In this document: positions 46,801-61,800 of the stretch, piece by piece | How the letters are laid out: every line of letters starts with the position of its first letter | Numbering within the stretch: position 1 is the first letter of the stretch | Assembly (NCBI GenBank): GCA_002269645.1 | Contig: NIVC01001787.1 | Coordinates: 31,217-95,216, forward strand | Direction: 5' to 3' | DNA from: Macrostomum lignano | Lineage: Eukaryota | Length of the DNA: 64,000 nt | Notes under the pieces: model-generated | Databases searched by the model: none | What the model was told of the DNA's origin: nothing | What the model saw: only the letters and a program-made list of their open reading frames with translations | Translations under genes and position numbers: made by a program

Positions 46801-49800
46801 TATAGGATCCGCCTTGTCTGATTTACCTATTGTATAGGATCCGCCTTGTCTGATTTACCTATTGTATAGGATCCGCCCCTTGTCTGATTTACCTATTGTA
46901 TAGGATCCGCCCCTTGTCTGATTTACCTATTGTATAGGATCCGCCCCTTGTCTGATTTACCTATTGTATAGGATCCGCCTTGTCTGATTTACCTATTGTA
47001 TAGGATCCGCCCTTGTCTGATTTACCTATTGTATAGGATCCGCCTTGTCTGATTTACCTATTGTATAGGATCCGCCCTTGTCTGATTTACCTATTGTATA
47101 GGATCCGCCTTGTCTGATTTACCTATTGTATAGGATCCGCCCCTTGTCTGATTTACCTATTGTATAGGATCCGCCCTTGTCTGATTTACCTATTGTATAG
47201 GATCCGCCTTGTCTGATTTACCTATTGTATAGGATCCGCCTTGTCTGATTTACCTATTGTATAGGATCCGCCCCTTGTCTGATTTACCTATTGTATAGGA
47301 TCCGCCTTGTCTGATTTACCTATTGTATAGGATCCGCCCCTTGTCTGATTTACCTATTGTATAGGATCCGCCTTGTCTGATTTACCTATTGTATAGGATC
47401 CGCCTTGTCTGATTTACCTATTGTATAGGATCCGCCCCTTGTCTGATTTACCTATTGTATAGGATCCGCCTTGTCTGATTTACCTATTGTATAGGATCCG
47501 CCTTGTCTGATTTACCTATTGTATAGGATCCGCCTTGTCTGATTTACCTATTGTATAGGATCCGCCTTGTCTGATTTACCTATTGTATAGGATCCGCCCT
47601 TGTCTGATTTACCTATTGTATAGGATCCGCCCTTGTCTGATTTACCTATTGTATAGGATCCGCCTTGTCTGATTTACCTATTGTATAGGATCCGCCCCTT
47701 GTCTGATTTACCTATTGTATAGGATCCGCCCTTGTCTGATTTACCTATTGTATAGGATCCGCCTTGTCTGATTTACCTATTGTATAGGATCCGCCCCTTG
47801 TCTGATTTACCTATTGTATAGGATCCGCCCTTGTCTGATTTACCTATTGTATAGGATCCGCCTTGTCTGATTTACCTATTGTATAGGATCCGCCTTGTCT
47901 GATTTACCTATTGTATAGGATCCGCCTTGTCTGATTTACCTATTGTATAGGATCCGCCTTGTCTGATTTACCTATTGTATAGGATCCGCCCTTGTCTGAT
48001 TTACCTATTGTATAGGATCCGCCTTGTCTGATTTACCTATTGTATAGGATCCGCCTTGTCTGATTTACCTATTGTATAGGATCCGCCTTGTCTGATTTAC
48101 CTATTGTATAGGATCCGCCTTGTCTGATTTACCTATTGTATAGGATCCGCCTTGTCTGATTTACCTATTGTATAGGATCCGCCTTGTCTGATTTACCTAT
48201 TGTATAGGATCCGCCTTGTCTGATTTACCTATTGTATAGGATCCGCCCTTGTCTGATTTACCTATTGTATAGGATCCCCTTGTCTGATTTACCTATTGTA
48301 TAGGATCCGCCTTGTCTGATTTACCTATTGTATAGGATCCGCCTTGTCTGATTTACCTATTGTATAGGATCCGCCTTGTCTGATTTACCTATTGTATAGG
48401 ATCCGCCTTGTCTGATTTACCTATTGTATAGGATCCGCCCTTGTCTGATTTACCTATTGTATAGGATCCGCCCTTGTCTGATTTACCTATTGTATAGGAT
48501 CCGCCTTGTCTGATTTACCTATTGTATAGGATCCGCCTTGTCTGATTTACCTATTGTATAGGATCCGCCTTGTCTGATTTACCTATTGTATAGGATCCGC
48601 CTTGTCTGATTTACCTATTGTATAGGATCCGCCTTGTCTGATTTACCTATTGTATAGGATCCGCCCTTGTCTGATTTACCTATTGTATAGGATCCGCCCC
48701 TTGTCTGATTTACCTATTGTATAGGATCCGCCTTGTCTGATTTACCTATTGTATAGGATCCGCCTTGTCTGATTTACCTATTGTATAGGATCCGCCCTTG
48801 TCTGATTTACCTATTGTATAGGATCCGCCTTGTCTGATTTACCTATTGTATAGGATCCGCCTTGTCTGATTTACCTATTGTATAGGATCCGCCTTGTCTG
48901 ATTTACCTATTGTATAGGATCCGCCTTGTCTGATTTACCTATTGTATAGGATCCGCCTTGTCTGATTTACCTATTGTATAGGATCCGCCTTGTCTGATTT
49001 ACCTATTGTATAGGATCCGCCTTGTCTGATTTACCTATTGTATAGGATCCGCCTTGTCTGATTTACCTATTGTATAGGATCCGCCTTGTCTGATTTACCT
49101 ATTGTATAGGATCCGCCTTGTCTGATTTACCTATTGTATAGGATCCGCCTTGTCTGATTTACCTATTGTATAGGATCCGCCTTGTCTGATTTACCTATTG
49201 TATAGGATCCGCCTTGTCTGATTTACCTATTGTATAGGATCCGCCTTGTCTGATTTACCTATTGTATAGGATCCCCTTGTCTGATTTACCTATTGTATAG
49301 GATCCGCCTTGTCTGATTTACCTATTGTATAGGATCCGTCCTTGTCTGATTTACCTATTGTATAGGATCCGCCTTGTCTGATTTACCTATTGTATAGGAT
49401 CCGCCTTGTCTGATTTACCTATTGTATAGGATCCGCCTTGTCTGATTTACCTATTGTATAGGATCCGCCCTTGTCTGATTTACCTATTGTATAGGATCCG
49501 CCCTTGTCTGATTTACCTATTGTATAGGATCCGCCCTTGTCTGATTTACCTATTGTATAGGATCCGCCCTTGTCTGATTTACCTATTGTATAGGATCCGC
49601 CTTGTCTGATTTACCTATTGTATAGGATCCGCCTTGTCTGATTTACCTATTGTATAGGATCCGCCCTTGTCTGATTTACCTATTGTATAGGATCCGCCTT
49701 GTCTGATTTACCTATTGTATAGGATCCGCCCTTGTCTGATTTACCTATTGTATAGGATCCGCCCCTTGTCTGATTTACCTATTGTATAGGATCCGCCCTT

Positions 49801-52800
49801 GTCTGATTTACCTATTGTATAGGATCCGCCTTGTCTGATTTACCTATTGTATAGGATCCGCCTTGTCTGATTTACCTATTGTATAGGATCCGCCTTGTCT
49901 GATTTACCTATTGTATAGGATCCGCCTTGTCTGATTTACCTATTGTATAGGATCCGCCTTGTCTGATTTACCTATTGTATAGGATCCGCCTTGTCTGATT
50001 TACCTATTGTATAGGATCCGCCTTGTCTGATTTACCTATTGTATAGGATCCGCCCTTGTCTGATTTACCTATTGTATAGGATCCGCCCTTGTCTGATTTA
50101 CCTATTGTATAGGATCCGCCTTGTCTGATTTACCTATTGTATAGGATCCGCCTTGTCTGATTTACCTATTGTATAGGATCCGCCTTGTCTGATTTACCTA
50201 TTGTATAGGATCCGCCCTTGTCTGATTTACCTATTGTATAGGATCCGCCTTGTCTGATTTACCTATTGTATAGGATCCGTCCTTGTCTGATTTACCTATT
50301 GTATAGGATCCGCCTTGTCTGATTTACCTATTGTATAGGATCCGCCTTGTCTGATTTACCTATTGTATAGGATCCGCCTTGTCTGATTTACCTATTGTAT
50401 AGGATCCGCCCCTTGTCTGATTTACCTATTGTATAGGATCCCCTTGTCTGATTTACCTATTGTATAGGATCCGCCCTTGTCTGATTTACCTATTGTATAG
50501 GATCCGTCCTTGTCTGATTTACCTATTGTATAGGATCCGTCCTTGTCTGATTTACCTATTGTATAGGATCCGCCTTGTCTGATTTACCTATTGTATAGGA
50601 TCCGCCTTGTCTGATTTACCTATTGTATAGGATCCGCCCTTGTCTGATTTACCTATTGTATAGGATCCGCCCCTTGTCTGATTTACCTATTGTATAGGAT
50701 CCGCCTTGTCTGATTTACCTATTGTATAGGATCCGCCCCTTGTCTGATTTACCTATTGTATAGGATCCGCCTTGTCTGATTTACCTATTGTATAGGATCC
50801 GCCTTGTCTGATTTACCTATTGTATAGGATCCGTCCTTGTCTGATTTACCTATTGTATAGGATCCGCCTTGTCTGATTTACCTATTGTATAGGATCCGCC
50901 CCTTGTCTGATTTACCTATTGTATAGGATCCGCCTTGTCTGATTTACCTATTGTATAGGATCCGCCTTGTCTGATTTACCTATTGTATAGGATCCGCCTT
51001 GTCTGATTTACCTATTGTATAGGATCCGCCCCTTGTCTGATTTACCTATTGTATAGGATCCGCCCCTTGTCTGATTTACCTATTGTATAGGATCCGCCTT
51101 GTCTGATTTACCTATTGTATAGGATCCGCCTTGTCTGATTTACCTATTGTATAGGATCCGCCTTGTCTGATTTACCTATTGTATAGGATCCGCCTTGTCT
51201 GATTTACCTATTGTATAGGATCCGCCTTGTCTGATTTACCTATTGTATAGGATCCGCCCTTGTCTGATTTACCTATTGTATAGGATCCGCCTTGTCTGAT
51301 TTACCTATTGTATAGGATCCGCCTTGTCTGATTTACCTATTGTATAGGATCCGTCCTTGTCTGATTTACCTATTGTATAGGATCCGTCCTTGTCTGATTT
51401 ACCTATTGTATAGGATCCGCCCTTGTCTGATTTACCTATTGTATAGGATCCGCCTTGTCTGATTTACCTATTGTATAGGATCCGCCTTGTCTGATTTACC
51501 TATTGTATAGGATCCGCCTTGTCTGATTTACCTATTGTATAGGATCCGCCTTGTCTGATTTACCTATTGTATAGGATCCGTCCTTGTCTGATTTACCTAT
51601 TGTATAGGATCCGCCCTTGTCTGATTTACCTATTGTATAGGATCCGCCCTTGTCTGATTTACCTATTGTATAGGATCCGCCCTTGTCTGATTTACCTATT
51701 GTATAGGATCCGCCCCTTGTCTGATTTACCTATTGTATAGGATCCGCCCCTTGTCTGATTTACCTATTGTATAGGATCCGCCTTGTCTGATTTACCTATT
51801 GTATAGGATCCGCCCTTGTCTGATTTACCTATTGTATAGGATCCGCCTTGTCTGATTTACCTATTGTATAGGATCCGCCCTTGTCTGATTTACCTATTGT
51901 ATAGGATCCGCCCTTGTCTGATTTACCTATTGTATAGGATCCGCCTTGTCTGATTTACCTATTGTATAGGATCCGTCCTTGTCTGATTTACCTATTGTAT
52001 AGGATCCGCCTTGTCTGATTTACCTATTGTATAGGATCCGCCTTGTCTGATTTACCTATTGTATAGGATCCGCCCCTTGTCTGATTTACCTATTGTATAG
52101 GATCCGCCCTTGTCTGATTTACCTATTGTATAGGATCCGCCCCTTGTCTGATTTACCTATTGTATAGGATCCGCCCTTGTCTGATTTACCTATTGTATAG
52201 GATCCGCCTTGTCTGATTTACCTATTGTATAGGATCCGTCCTTGTCTGATTTACCTATTGTATAGGATCCGCCTTGTCTGATTTACCTATTGTATAGGAT
52301 CCGCCTTGTCTGATTTACCTATTGTATAGGATCCGCCTTGTCTGATTTACCTATTGTATAGGATCCGCCCTTGTCTGATTTACCTATTGTATAGGATCCG
52401 CCCTTGTCTGATTTACCTATTGTATAGGATCCGCCCTTGTCTGATTTACCTATTGTATAGGATCCGCCTTGTCTGATTTACCTATTGTATAGGATCCGCC
52501 TTGTCTGATTTACCTATTGTATAGGATCCGCCCTTGTCTGATTTACCTATTGTATAGGATCCGCCTTGTCTGATTTACCTATTGTATAGGATCCGCCTTG
52601 TCTGATTTACCTATTGTATAGGATCCGCCTTGTCTGATTTACCTATTGTATAGGATCCGCCTTGTCTGATTTACCTATTGTATAGGATCCGCCTTGTCTG
52701 ATTTACCTATTGTATAGGATCCGCCTTGTCTGATTTACCTATTGTATAGGATCCGCCTTGTCTGATTTACCTATTGTATAGGATCCGCCCTTGTCTGATT

Positions 52801-55800
52801 TACCTATTGTATAGGATCCGCCTTGTCTGATTTACCTATTGTATAGGATCCGCCTTGTCTGATTTACCTATTGTATAGGATCCGCCTTGTCTGATTTACC
52901 TATTGTATAGGATCCGCCTTGTCTGATTTACCTATTGTATAGGATCCGCCTTGTCTGATTTACCTATTGTATAGGATCCGCCTTGTCTGATTTACCTATT
53001 GTATAGGATCCGCCCTTGTCTGATTTACCTATTGTATAGGATCCGCCTTGTCTGATTTACCTATTGTATAGGATCCGCCTTGTCTGATTTACCTATTGTA
53101 TAGGATCCGCCTTGTCTGATTTACCTATTGTATAGGATCCGCCTTGTCTGATTTACCTATTGTATAGGATCCGTCCTTGTCTGATTTACCTATTGTATAG
53201 GATCCGCCCTTGTCTGATTTACCTATTGTATAGGATCCGCCTTGTCTGATTTACCTATTGTATAGGATCCGCCTTGTCTGATTTACCTATTGTATAGGAT
53301 CCGCCTTGTCTGATTTACCTATTGTATAGGATCCGCCTTGTCTGATTTACCTATTGTATAGGATCCGCCTTGTCTGATTTACCTATTGTATAGGATCCGT
53401 CCTTGTCTGATTTACCTATTGTATAGGATCCGTCCTTGTCTGATTTACCTATTGTATAGGATCCGCCTTGTCTGATTTACCTATTGTATAGGATCCGTCC
53501 TTGTCTGATTTACCTATTGTATAGGATCCGTCCTTGTCTGATTTACCTATTGTATAGGATCCGCCTTGTCTGATTTACCTATTGTATAGGATCCGCCTTG
53601 TCTGATTTACCTATTGTATAGGATCCGCCTTGTCTGATTTACCTATTGTATAGGATCCGCCCTTGTCTGATTTACCTATTGTATAGGATCCGTCCTTGTC
53701 TGATTTACCTATTGTATAGGATCCGCCTTGTCTGATTTACCTATTGTATAGGATCCGTCCTTGTCTGATTTACCTATTGTATAGGATCCGCCTTGTCTGA
53801 TTTACCTATTGTATAGGATCCGTCCTTGTCTGATTTACCTATTGTATAGGATCCGCCTTGTCTGATTTACCTATTGTATAGGATCCGCCCTTGTCTGATT
53901 TACCTATTGTATAGGATCCGCCTTGTCTGATTTACCTATTGTATAGGATCCGCCTTGTCTGATTTACCTATTGTATAGGATCCGCCCCTTGTCTGATTTA
54001 CCTATTGTATAGGATCCGCCTTGTCTGATTTACCTATTGTATAGGATCCGCCTTGTCTGATTTACCTATTGTATAGGATCCGCCTTGTCTGATTTACCTA
54101 TTGTATAGGATCCGCCCTTGTCTGATTTACCTATTGTATAGGATCCGCCCCTTGTCTGATTTACCTATTGTATAGGATCCGCCTTGTCTGATTTACCTAT
54201 TGTATAGGATCCGCCTTGTCTGATTTACCTATTGTATAGGATCCGCCTTGTCTGATTTACCTATTGTATAGGATCCGCCCTTGTCTGATTTACCTATTGT
54301 ATAGGATCCGCCCTTGTCTGATTTACCTATTGTATAGGATCCGCCCTTGTCTGATTTACCTATTGTATAGGATCCGCCCCTTGTCTGATTTACCTATTGT
54401 ATAGGATCCGCCCCTTGTCTGATTTACCTATTGTATAGGATCCGCCTTGTCTGATTTACCTATTGTATAGGATCCGCCCCTTGTCTGATTTACCTATTGT
54501 ATAGGATCCGCCCTTGTCTGATTTACCTATTGTATAGGATCCGCCTTGTCTGATTTACCTATTGTATAGGATCCGCCCTTGTCTGATTTACCTATTGTAT
54601 AGGATCCGCCTTGTCTGATTTACCTATTGTATAGGATCCGCCTTGTCTGATTTACCTATTGTATAGGATCCGCCCTTGTCTGATTTACCTATTGTATAGG
54701 ATCCGCCTTGTCTGATTTACCTATTGTATAGGATCCGCCCTTGTCTGATTTACCTATTGTATAGGATCCGCCCTTGTCTGATTTACCTATTGTATAGGAT
54801 CCGCCTTGTCTGATTTACCTATTGTATAGGATCCGCCCTTGTCTGATTTACCTATTGTATAGGATCCGCCTTGTCTGATTTACCTATTGTATAGGATCCG
54901 CCCCTTGTCTGATTTACCTATTGTATAGGATCCGCCCCTTGTCTGATTTACCTATTGTATAGGATCCGCCTTGTCTGATTTACCTATTGTATAGGATCCG
55001 CCTTGTCTGATTTACCTATTGTATAGGATCCGCCTTGTCTGATTTACCTATTGTATAGGATCCGCCCTTGTCTGATTTACCTATTGTATAGGATCCGCCC
55101 TTGTCTGATTTACCTATTGTATAGGATCCGCCCCTTGTCTGATTTACCTATTGTATAGGATCCGCCCTTGTCTGATTTACCTATTGTATAGGATCCGCCT
55201 TGTCTGATTTACCTATTGTATAGGATCCGCCCTTGTCTGATTTACCTATTGTATAGGATCCGCCTTGTCTGATTTACCTATTGTATAGGATCCGCCCTTG
55301 TCTGATTTACCTATTGTATAGGATCCGCCCTTGTCTGATTTACCTATTGTATAGGATCCGCCCTTGTCTGATTTACCTATTGTATAGGATCCGCCCTTGT
55401 CTGATTTACCTATTGTATAGGATCCGCCTTGTCTGATTTACCTATTGTATAGGATCCGCCTTGTCTGATTTACCTATTGTATAGGATCCGCCTTGTCTGA
55501 TTTACCTATTGTATAGGATCCGCCTTGTCTGATTTACCTATTGTATAGGATCCGTCCTTGTCTGATTTACCTATTGTATAGGATCCGCCTTGTCTGATTT
55601 ACCTATTGTATAGGATCCGCCCTTGTCTGATTTACCTATTGTATAGGATCCGCCCTTGTCTGATTTACCTATTGTATAGGATCCGCCTTGTCTGATTTAC
55701 CTATTGTATAGGATCCGCCTTGTCTGATTTACCTATTGTATAGGATCCGCCCCTTGTCTGATTTACCTATTGTATAGGATCCGCCCCTTGTCTGATTTAC

Positions 55801-58800
55801 CTATTGTATAGGATCCGCCCCTTGTCTGATTTACCTATTGTATAGGATCCGCCTTGTCTGATTTACCTATTGTATAGGATCCGCCCCTTGTCTGATTTAC
55901 CTATTGTATAGGATCCGCCCCTTGTCTGATTTACCTATTGTATAGGATCCGCCCTTGTCTGATTTACCTATTGTATAGGATCCGCCCTTGTCTGATTTAC
56001 CTATTGTATAGGATCCGCCCTTGTCTGATTTACCTATTGTATAGGATCCGCCCTTGTCTGATTTACCTATTGTATAGGATCCGCCTTGTCTGATTTACCT
56101 ATTGTATAGGATCCGCCCTTGTCTGATTTACCTATTGTATAGGATCCGCCCCTTGTCTGATTTACCTATTGTATAGGATCCGCCTTGTCTGATTTACCTA
56201 TTGTATAGGATCCGCCTTGTCTGATTTACCTATTGTATAGGATCCGCCTTGTCTGATTTACCTATTGTATAGGATCCGCCCCTTGTCTGATTTACCTATT
56301 GTATAGGATCCGTCCTTGTCTGATTTACCTATTGTATAGGATCCGCCTTGTCTGATTTACCTATTGTATAGGATCCGCCTTGTCTGATTTACCTATTGTA
56401 TAGGATCCGCCCTTGTCTGATTTACCTATTGTATAGGATCCGCCTTGTCTGATTTACCTATTGTATAGGATCCGCCTTGTCTGATTTACCTATTGTATAG
56501 GATCCGCCTTGTCTGATTTACCTATTGTATAGGATCCGCCTTGTCTGATTTACCTATTGTATAGGATCCGCCCTTGTCTGATTTACCTATTGTATAGGAT
56601 CCGCCCCTTGTCTGATTTACCTATTGTATAGGATCCGCCTTGTCTGATTTACCTATTGTATAGGATCCGCCCCTTGTCTGATTTACCTATTGTATAGGAT
56701 CCGCCTTGTCTGATTTACCTATTGTATAGGATCCGCCCTTGTCTGATTTACCTATTGTATAGGATCCGCCTTGTCTGATTTACCTATTGTATAGGATCCG
56801 CCTTGTCTGATTTACCTATTGTATAGGATCCGCCTTGTCTGATTTACCTATTGTATAGGATCCGCCCTTGTCTGATTTACCTATTGTATAGGATCCGCCC
56901 TTGTCTGATTTACCTATTGTATAGGATCCGTCCTTGTCTGATTTACCTATTGTATAGGATCCGCCTTGTCTGATTTACCTATTGTATAGGATCCGCCTTG
57001 TCTGATTTACCTATTGTATAGGATCCGCCCTTGTCTGATTTACCTATTGTATAGGATCCGCCCTTGTCTGATTTACCTATTGTATAGGATCCGCCCTTGT
57101 CTGATTTACCTATTGTATAGGATCCGCCTTGTCTGATTTACCTATTGTATAGGATCCGCCCTTGTCTGATTTACCTATTGTATAGGATCCGTCCTTGTCT
57201 GATTTACCTATTGTATAGGATCCGCCTTGTCTGATTTACCTATTGTATAGGATCCGTCCTTGTCTGATTTACCTATTGTATAGGATCCGTCCTTGTCTGA
57301 TTTACCTATTGTATAGGATCCGCCTTGTCTGATTTACCTATTGTATAGGATCCGCCCTTGTCTGATTTACCTATTGTATAGGATCCGCCTTGTCTGATTT
57401 ACCTATTGTATAGGATCCGCCTTGTCTGATTTACCTATTGTATAGGATCCGCCCTTGTCTGATTTACCTATTGTATAGGATCCGTCCTTGTCTGATTTAC
57501 CTATTGTATAGGATCCGCCTTGTCTGATTTACCTATTGTATAGGATCCGCCCCTTGTCTGATTTACCTATTGTATAGGATCCGTCCTTGTCTGATTTACC
57601 TATTGTATAGGATCCGCCTTGTCTGATTTACCTATTGTATAGGATCCGCCTTGTCTGATTTACCTATTGTATAGGATCCGCCCTTGTCTGATTTACCTAT
57701 TGTATAGGATCCGCCCCTTGTCTGATTTACCTATTGTATAGGATCCGTCCTTGTCTGATTTACCTATTGTATAGGATCCGCCCTTGTCTGATTTACCTAT
57801 TGTATAGGATCCGCCCTTGTCTGATTTACCTATTGTATAGGATCCGCCTTGTCTGATTTACCTATTGTATAGGATCCGTCCTTGTCTGATTTACCTATTG
57901 TATAGGATCCGCCCTTGTCTGATTTACCTATTGTATAGGATCCGCCTTGTCTGATTTACCTATTGTATAGGATCCGCCCTTGTCTGATTTACCTATTGTA
58001 TAGGATCCGTCCTTTGTCTGATTTACCTATTGTATAGGATCCGCCCCTTGTCTGATTTACCTATTGTATAGGATCCGCCTTGTCTGATTTACCTATTGTA
58101 TAGGATCCGCCCCTTGTCTGATTTACCTATTGTATAGGATCCGTCCTTGTCTGATTTACCTATTGTATAGGATCCGTCCTTGTCTGATTTACCTATTGTA
58201 TAGGATCCGCCCTTGTCTGATTTACCTATTGTATAGGATCCGCCTTGTCTGATTTACCTATTGTATAGGATCCGCCCTTGTCTGATTTACCTATTGTATA
58301 GGATCCGTCCTTGTCTGATTTACCTATTGTATAGGATCCGCCTTGTCTGATTTACCTATTGTATAGGATCCGCCCTTGTCTGATTTACCTATTGTATAGG
58401 ATCCGCCCCTTGTCTGATTTACCTATTGTATAGGATCCGCCCCTTGTCTGATTTACCTATTGTATAGGATCCGCCCTTGTCTGATTTACCTATTGTATAG
58501 GATCCGCCCTTGTCTGATTTACCTATTGTATAGGATCCGCCTTGTCTGATTTACCTATTGTATAGGATCCGCCTTGTCTGATTTACCTATTGTATAGGAT
58601 CCGCCTTGTCTGATTTACCTATTGTATAGGATCCGCCTTGTCTGATTTACCTATTGTATAGGATCCGTCCTTGTCTGATTTACCTATTGTATAGGATCCG
58701 TCCTTTGTCTGATTTACCTATTGTATAGGATCCGCCCCTTGTCTGATTTACCTATTGTATAGGATCCGCCCTTGTCTGATTTACCTATTGTATAGGATCG

Positions 58801-61800
58801 CCCCTTGTCTGATTTACCTATTGTATAGGATCCGCCCCTTGTCTGATTTACCTATTGTATAGGATCCGCCCTTGTCTGATTTACCTATTGTATAGGATCC
58901 GCCTTGTCTGATTTACCTATTGTATAGGATCCGCCCTTGTCTGATTTACCTATTGTATAGGATCCGCCTTGTCTGATTTACCTATTGTATAGGATCCGCC
59001 CTTGTCTGATTTACCTATTGTATAGGATCCGCCCTTGTCTGATTTACCTATTGTATAGGATCCGCCCTTGTCTGATTTACCTATTGTATAGGATCCGCCC
59101 CTTGTCTGATTTACCTATTGTATAGGATCCGTCCTTGTCTGATTTACCTATTGTATAGGATCCGCCCCTTGTCTGATTTACCTATTGTATAGGATCCGCC
59201 CCTTGTCTGATTTACCTATTGTATAGGATCCGCCTTGTCTGATTTACCTATTGTATAGGATCCGCCCCTTGTCTGATTTACCTATTGTATAGGATCCGCC
59301 CCTTGTCTGATTTACCTATTGTATAGGATCCGTCCTTGTCTGATTTACCTATTGTATAGGATCCGTCCTTGTCTGATTTACCTATTGTATAGGATCCGCC
59401 CCTTGTCTGATTTACCTATTGTATAGGATCCGCCCCTTGTCTGATTTACCTATTGTATAGGATCCGCCCCTTGTCTGATTTACCTATTGTATAGGATCCG
59501 CCCTTGTCTGATTTACCTATTGTATAGGATCCGCCCCTTGTCTGATTTACCTATTGTATAGGATCCGTCCTTGTCTGATTTACCTATTGTATAGGATCCG
59601 TCCTTGTCTGATTTACCTATTGTATAGGATCCGTCCTTGTCTGATTTACCTATTGTATAGGATCCGCCCTTGTCTGATTTACCTATTGTATAGGATCCGC
59701 CCTTGTCTGATTTACCTATTGTATAGGATCCGCCTTGTCTGATTTACCTATTGTATAGGATCCGCCCTTGTCTGATTTACCTATTGTATAGGATCCGTCC
59801 TTGTCTGATTTACCTATTGTATAGGATCCGCCCCTTGTCTGATTTACCTATTGTATAGGATCCGCCTTGTCTGATTTACCTATTGTATAGGATCCGTCCT
59901 TGTCTGATTTACCTATTGTATAGGATCCGTCCTTTGTCTGATTTACCTATTGTATAGGATCCGTCCTTGTCTGATTTACCTATTGTATAGGATCCGTCCT
60001 TTGTCTGATTTACCTATTGTATAGGATCCGTCCCTTGTCTGATTTACCTATTGTATAGGATCCGCCCCTTGTCTGATTTACCTATTGTATAGGATCCGCC
60101 TTGTCTGATTTACCTATTGTATAGGATCCGTCCTTGTCTGATTTACCTATTGTATAGGATCCGTCCTTGTCTGATTTACCTATTGTATAGGATCCGCCCC
60201 TTGTCTGATTTACCTATTGTATAGGATCCGCCCTTGTCTGATTTACCTATTGTATAGGATCCGTCCCTTGTCTGATTTACCTATTGTATAGGATCCGCCC
60301 CTTGTCTGATTTACCTATTGTATAGGATCCGCCCCTTGTCTGATTTACCTATTGTATAGGATCCGCCCCTTGTCTGATTTACCTATTGTATAGGATCCGT
60401 CCCTTGTCTGATTTACCTATTGTATAGGATCCGTCCTTGTCTGATTTACCTATTGTATAGGATCCGTCCTTTGTCTGATTTACCTATTGTATAGGATCCG
60501 CCCTTGTCTGATTTACCTATTGTATAGGATCCGTCCTTGTCTGATTTACCTATTGTATAGGATCCGCCCTTGTCTGATTTACCTATTGTATAGGATCCGC
60601 CCCTTGTCTGATTTACCTATTGTATAGGATCCGCCCCTTGTCTGATTTACCTATTGTATAGGATCCGCCCCTTGTCTGATTTACCTATTGTATAGGATCG
60701 CCCCTTGTCTGATTTACCTATTGTATAGGATCGCCCCTTGTCTGATTTACCTATTGTATAGGATCCGTCCCTTGTCTGATTTACCTATTGTATAGGATCC
60801 GTCCTTGTCTGATTTACCTATTGTATAGGATCCGCCCCTTGTCTGATTTACCTATTGTATAGGATCCGCCCCTTGTCTGATTTACCTATTGTATAGGATC
60901 CGCCCTTGTCTGATTTACCTATTGTATAGGATCCGTCCCTTTGTCTGATTTACCTATTGTATAGGATCCGCCCCTTGTCTGATTTACCTATTGTATAGGA
61001 TCCGTCCCTTTGTCTGATTTACCTATTGTATAGGATCCGTCCTTTGTCTGATTTACCTATTGTATAGGATCCGTCCTTTGTCTGATTTACCTATTGTATA
61101 GGATCCGTCCTTTGTCTGATTTACCTATTGTATAGGATCCGCCCCTTGTCTGATTTACCTATTGTATAGGATCCGCCCCTTGTCTGATTTACCTATTGTA
61201 TAGGATCCGCCCTTGTCTGATTTACCTATTGTATAGGATCCGCCCCTTGTCTGATTTACCTATTGTATAGGATCCGTCCTTTGTCTGATTTACCTATTGT
61301 ATAGGATCCGTCCTTTGTCTGATTTACCTATTGTATAGGATCCGCCCCTTGTCTGATTTACCTATTGTATAGGATCCGTCCTTTGTCTGATTTACCTATT
61401 GTATAGGATCCGTCCTTTGTCTGATTTACCTATTGTATAGGATCCGCCCCTTGTCTGATTTACCTATTGTATAGGATCCGCCCTTGTCTGATTTACCTAT
61501 TGTATAGGATCCGCCCTTGTCTGATTTACCTATTGTATAGGATCCGCCCCTTGTCTGATTTACCTATTGTATAGGATCCGCCCCTTGTCTGATTTACCTA
61601 TTGTATAGGATCCGCCCCTTGTCTGATTTACCTATTGTATAGGATCCCCTTGTCTGATTTACCTATTGTATAGGATCCGCCCCTTGTCTGATTTACCTAT
61701 TGTATAGGATCCGCCCCTTGTCTGATTTACCTATTGTATAGGATCAGCCCCTTGTCTGATTTACCTATTGTATAGGATCCGCCCTTGTCTGATTTACCTA

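Noticed and set aside
40466-59742. ORFs MYRIRPCLIYLL... (40466, 41667, 43347, 44392, 59554, and the N-part of 62713)
   Set aside because: Chance runs of 33-bp units with non-ATG starts inside an intron
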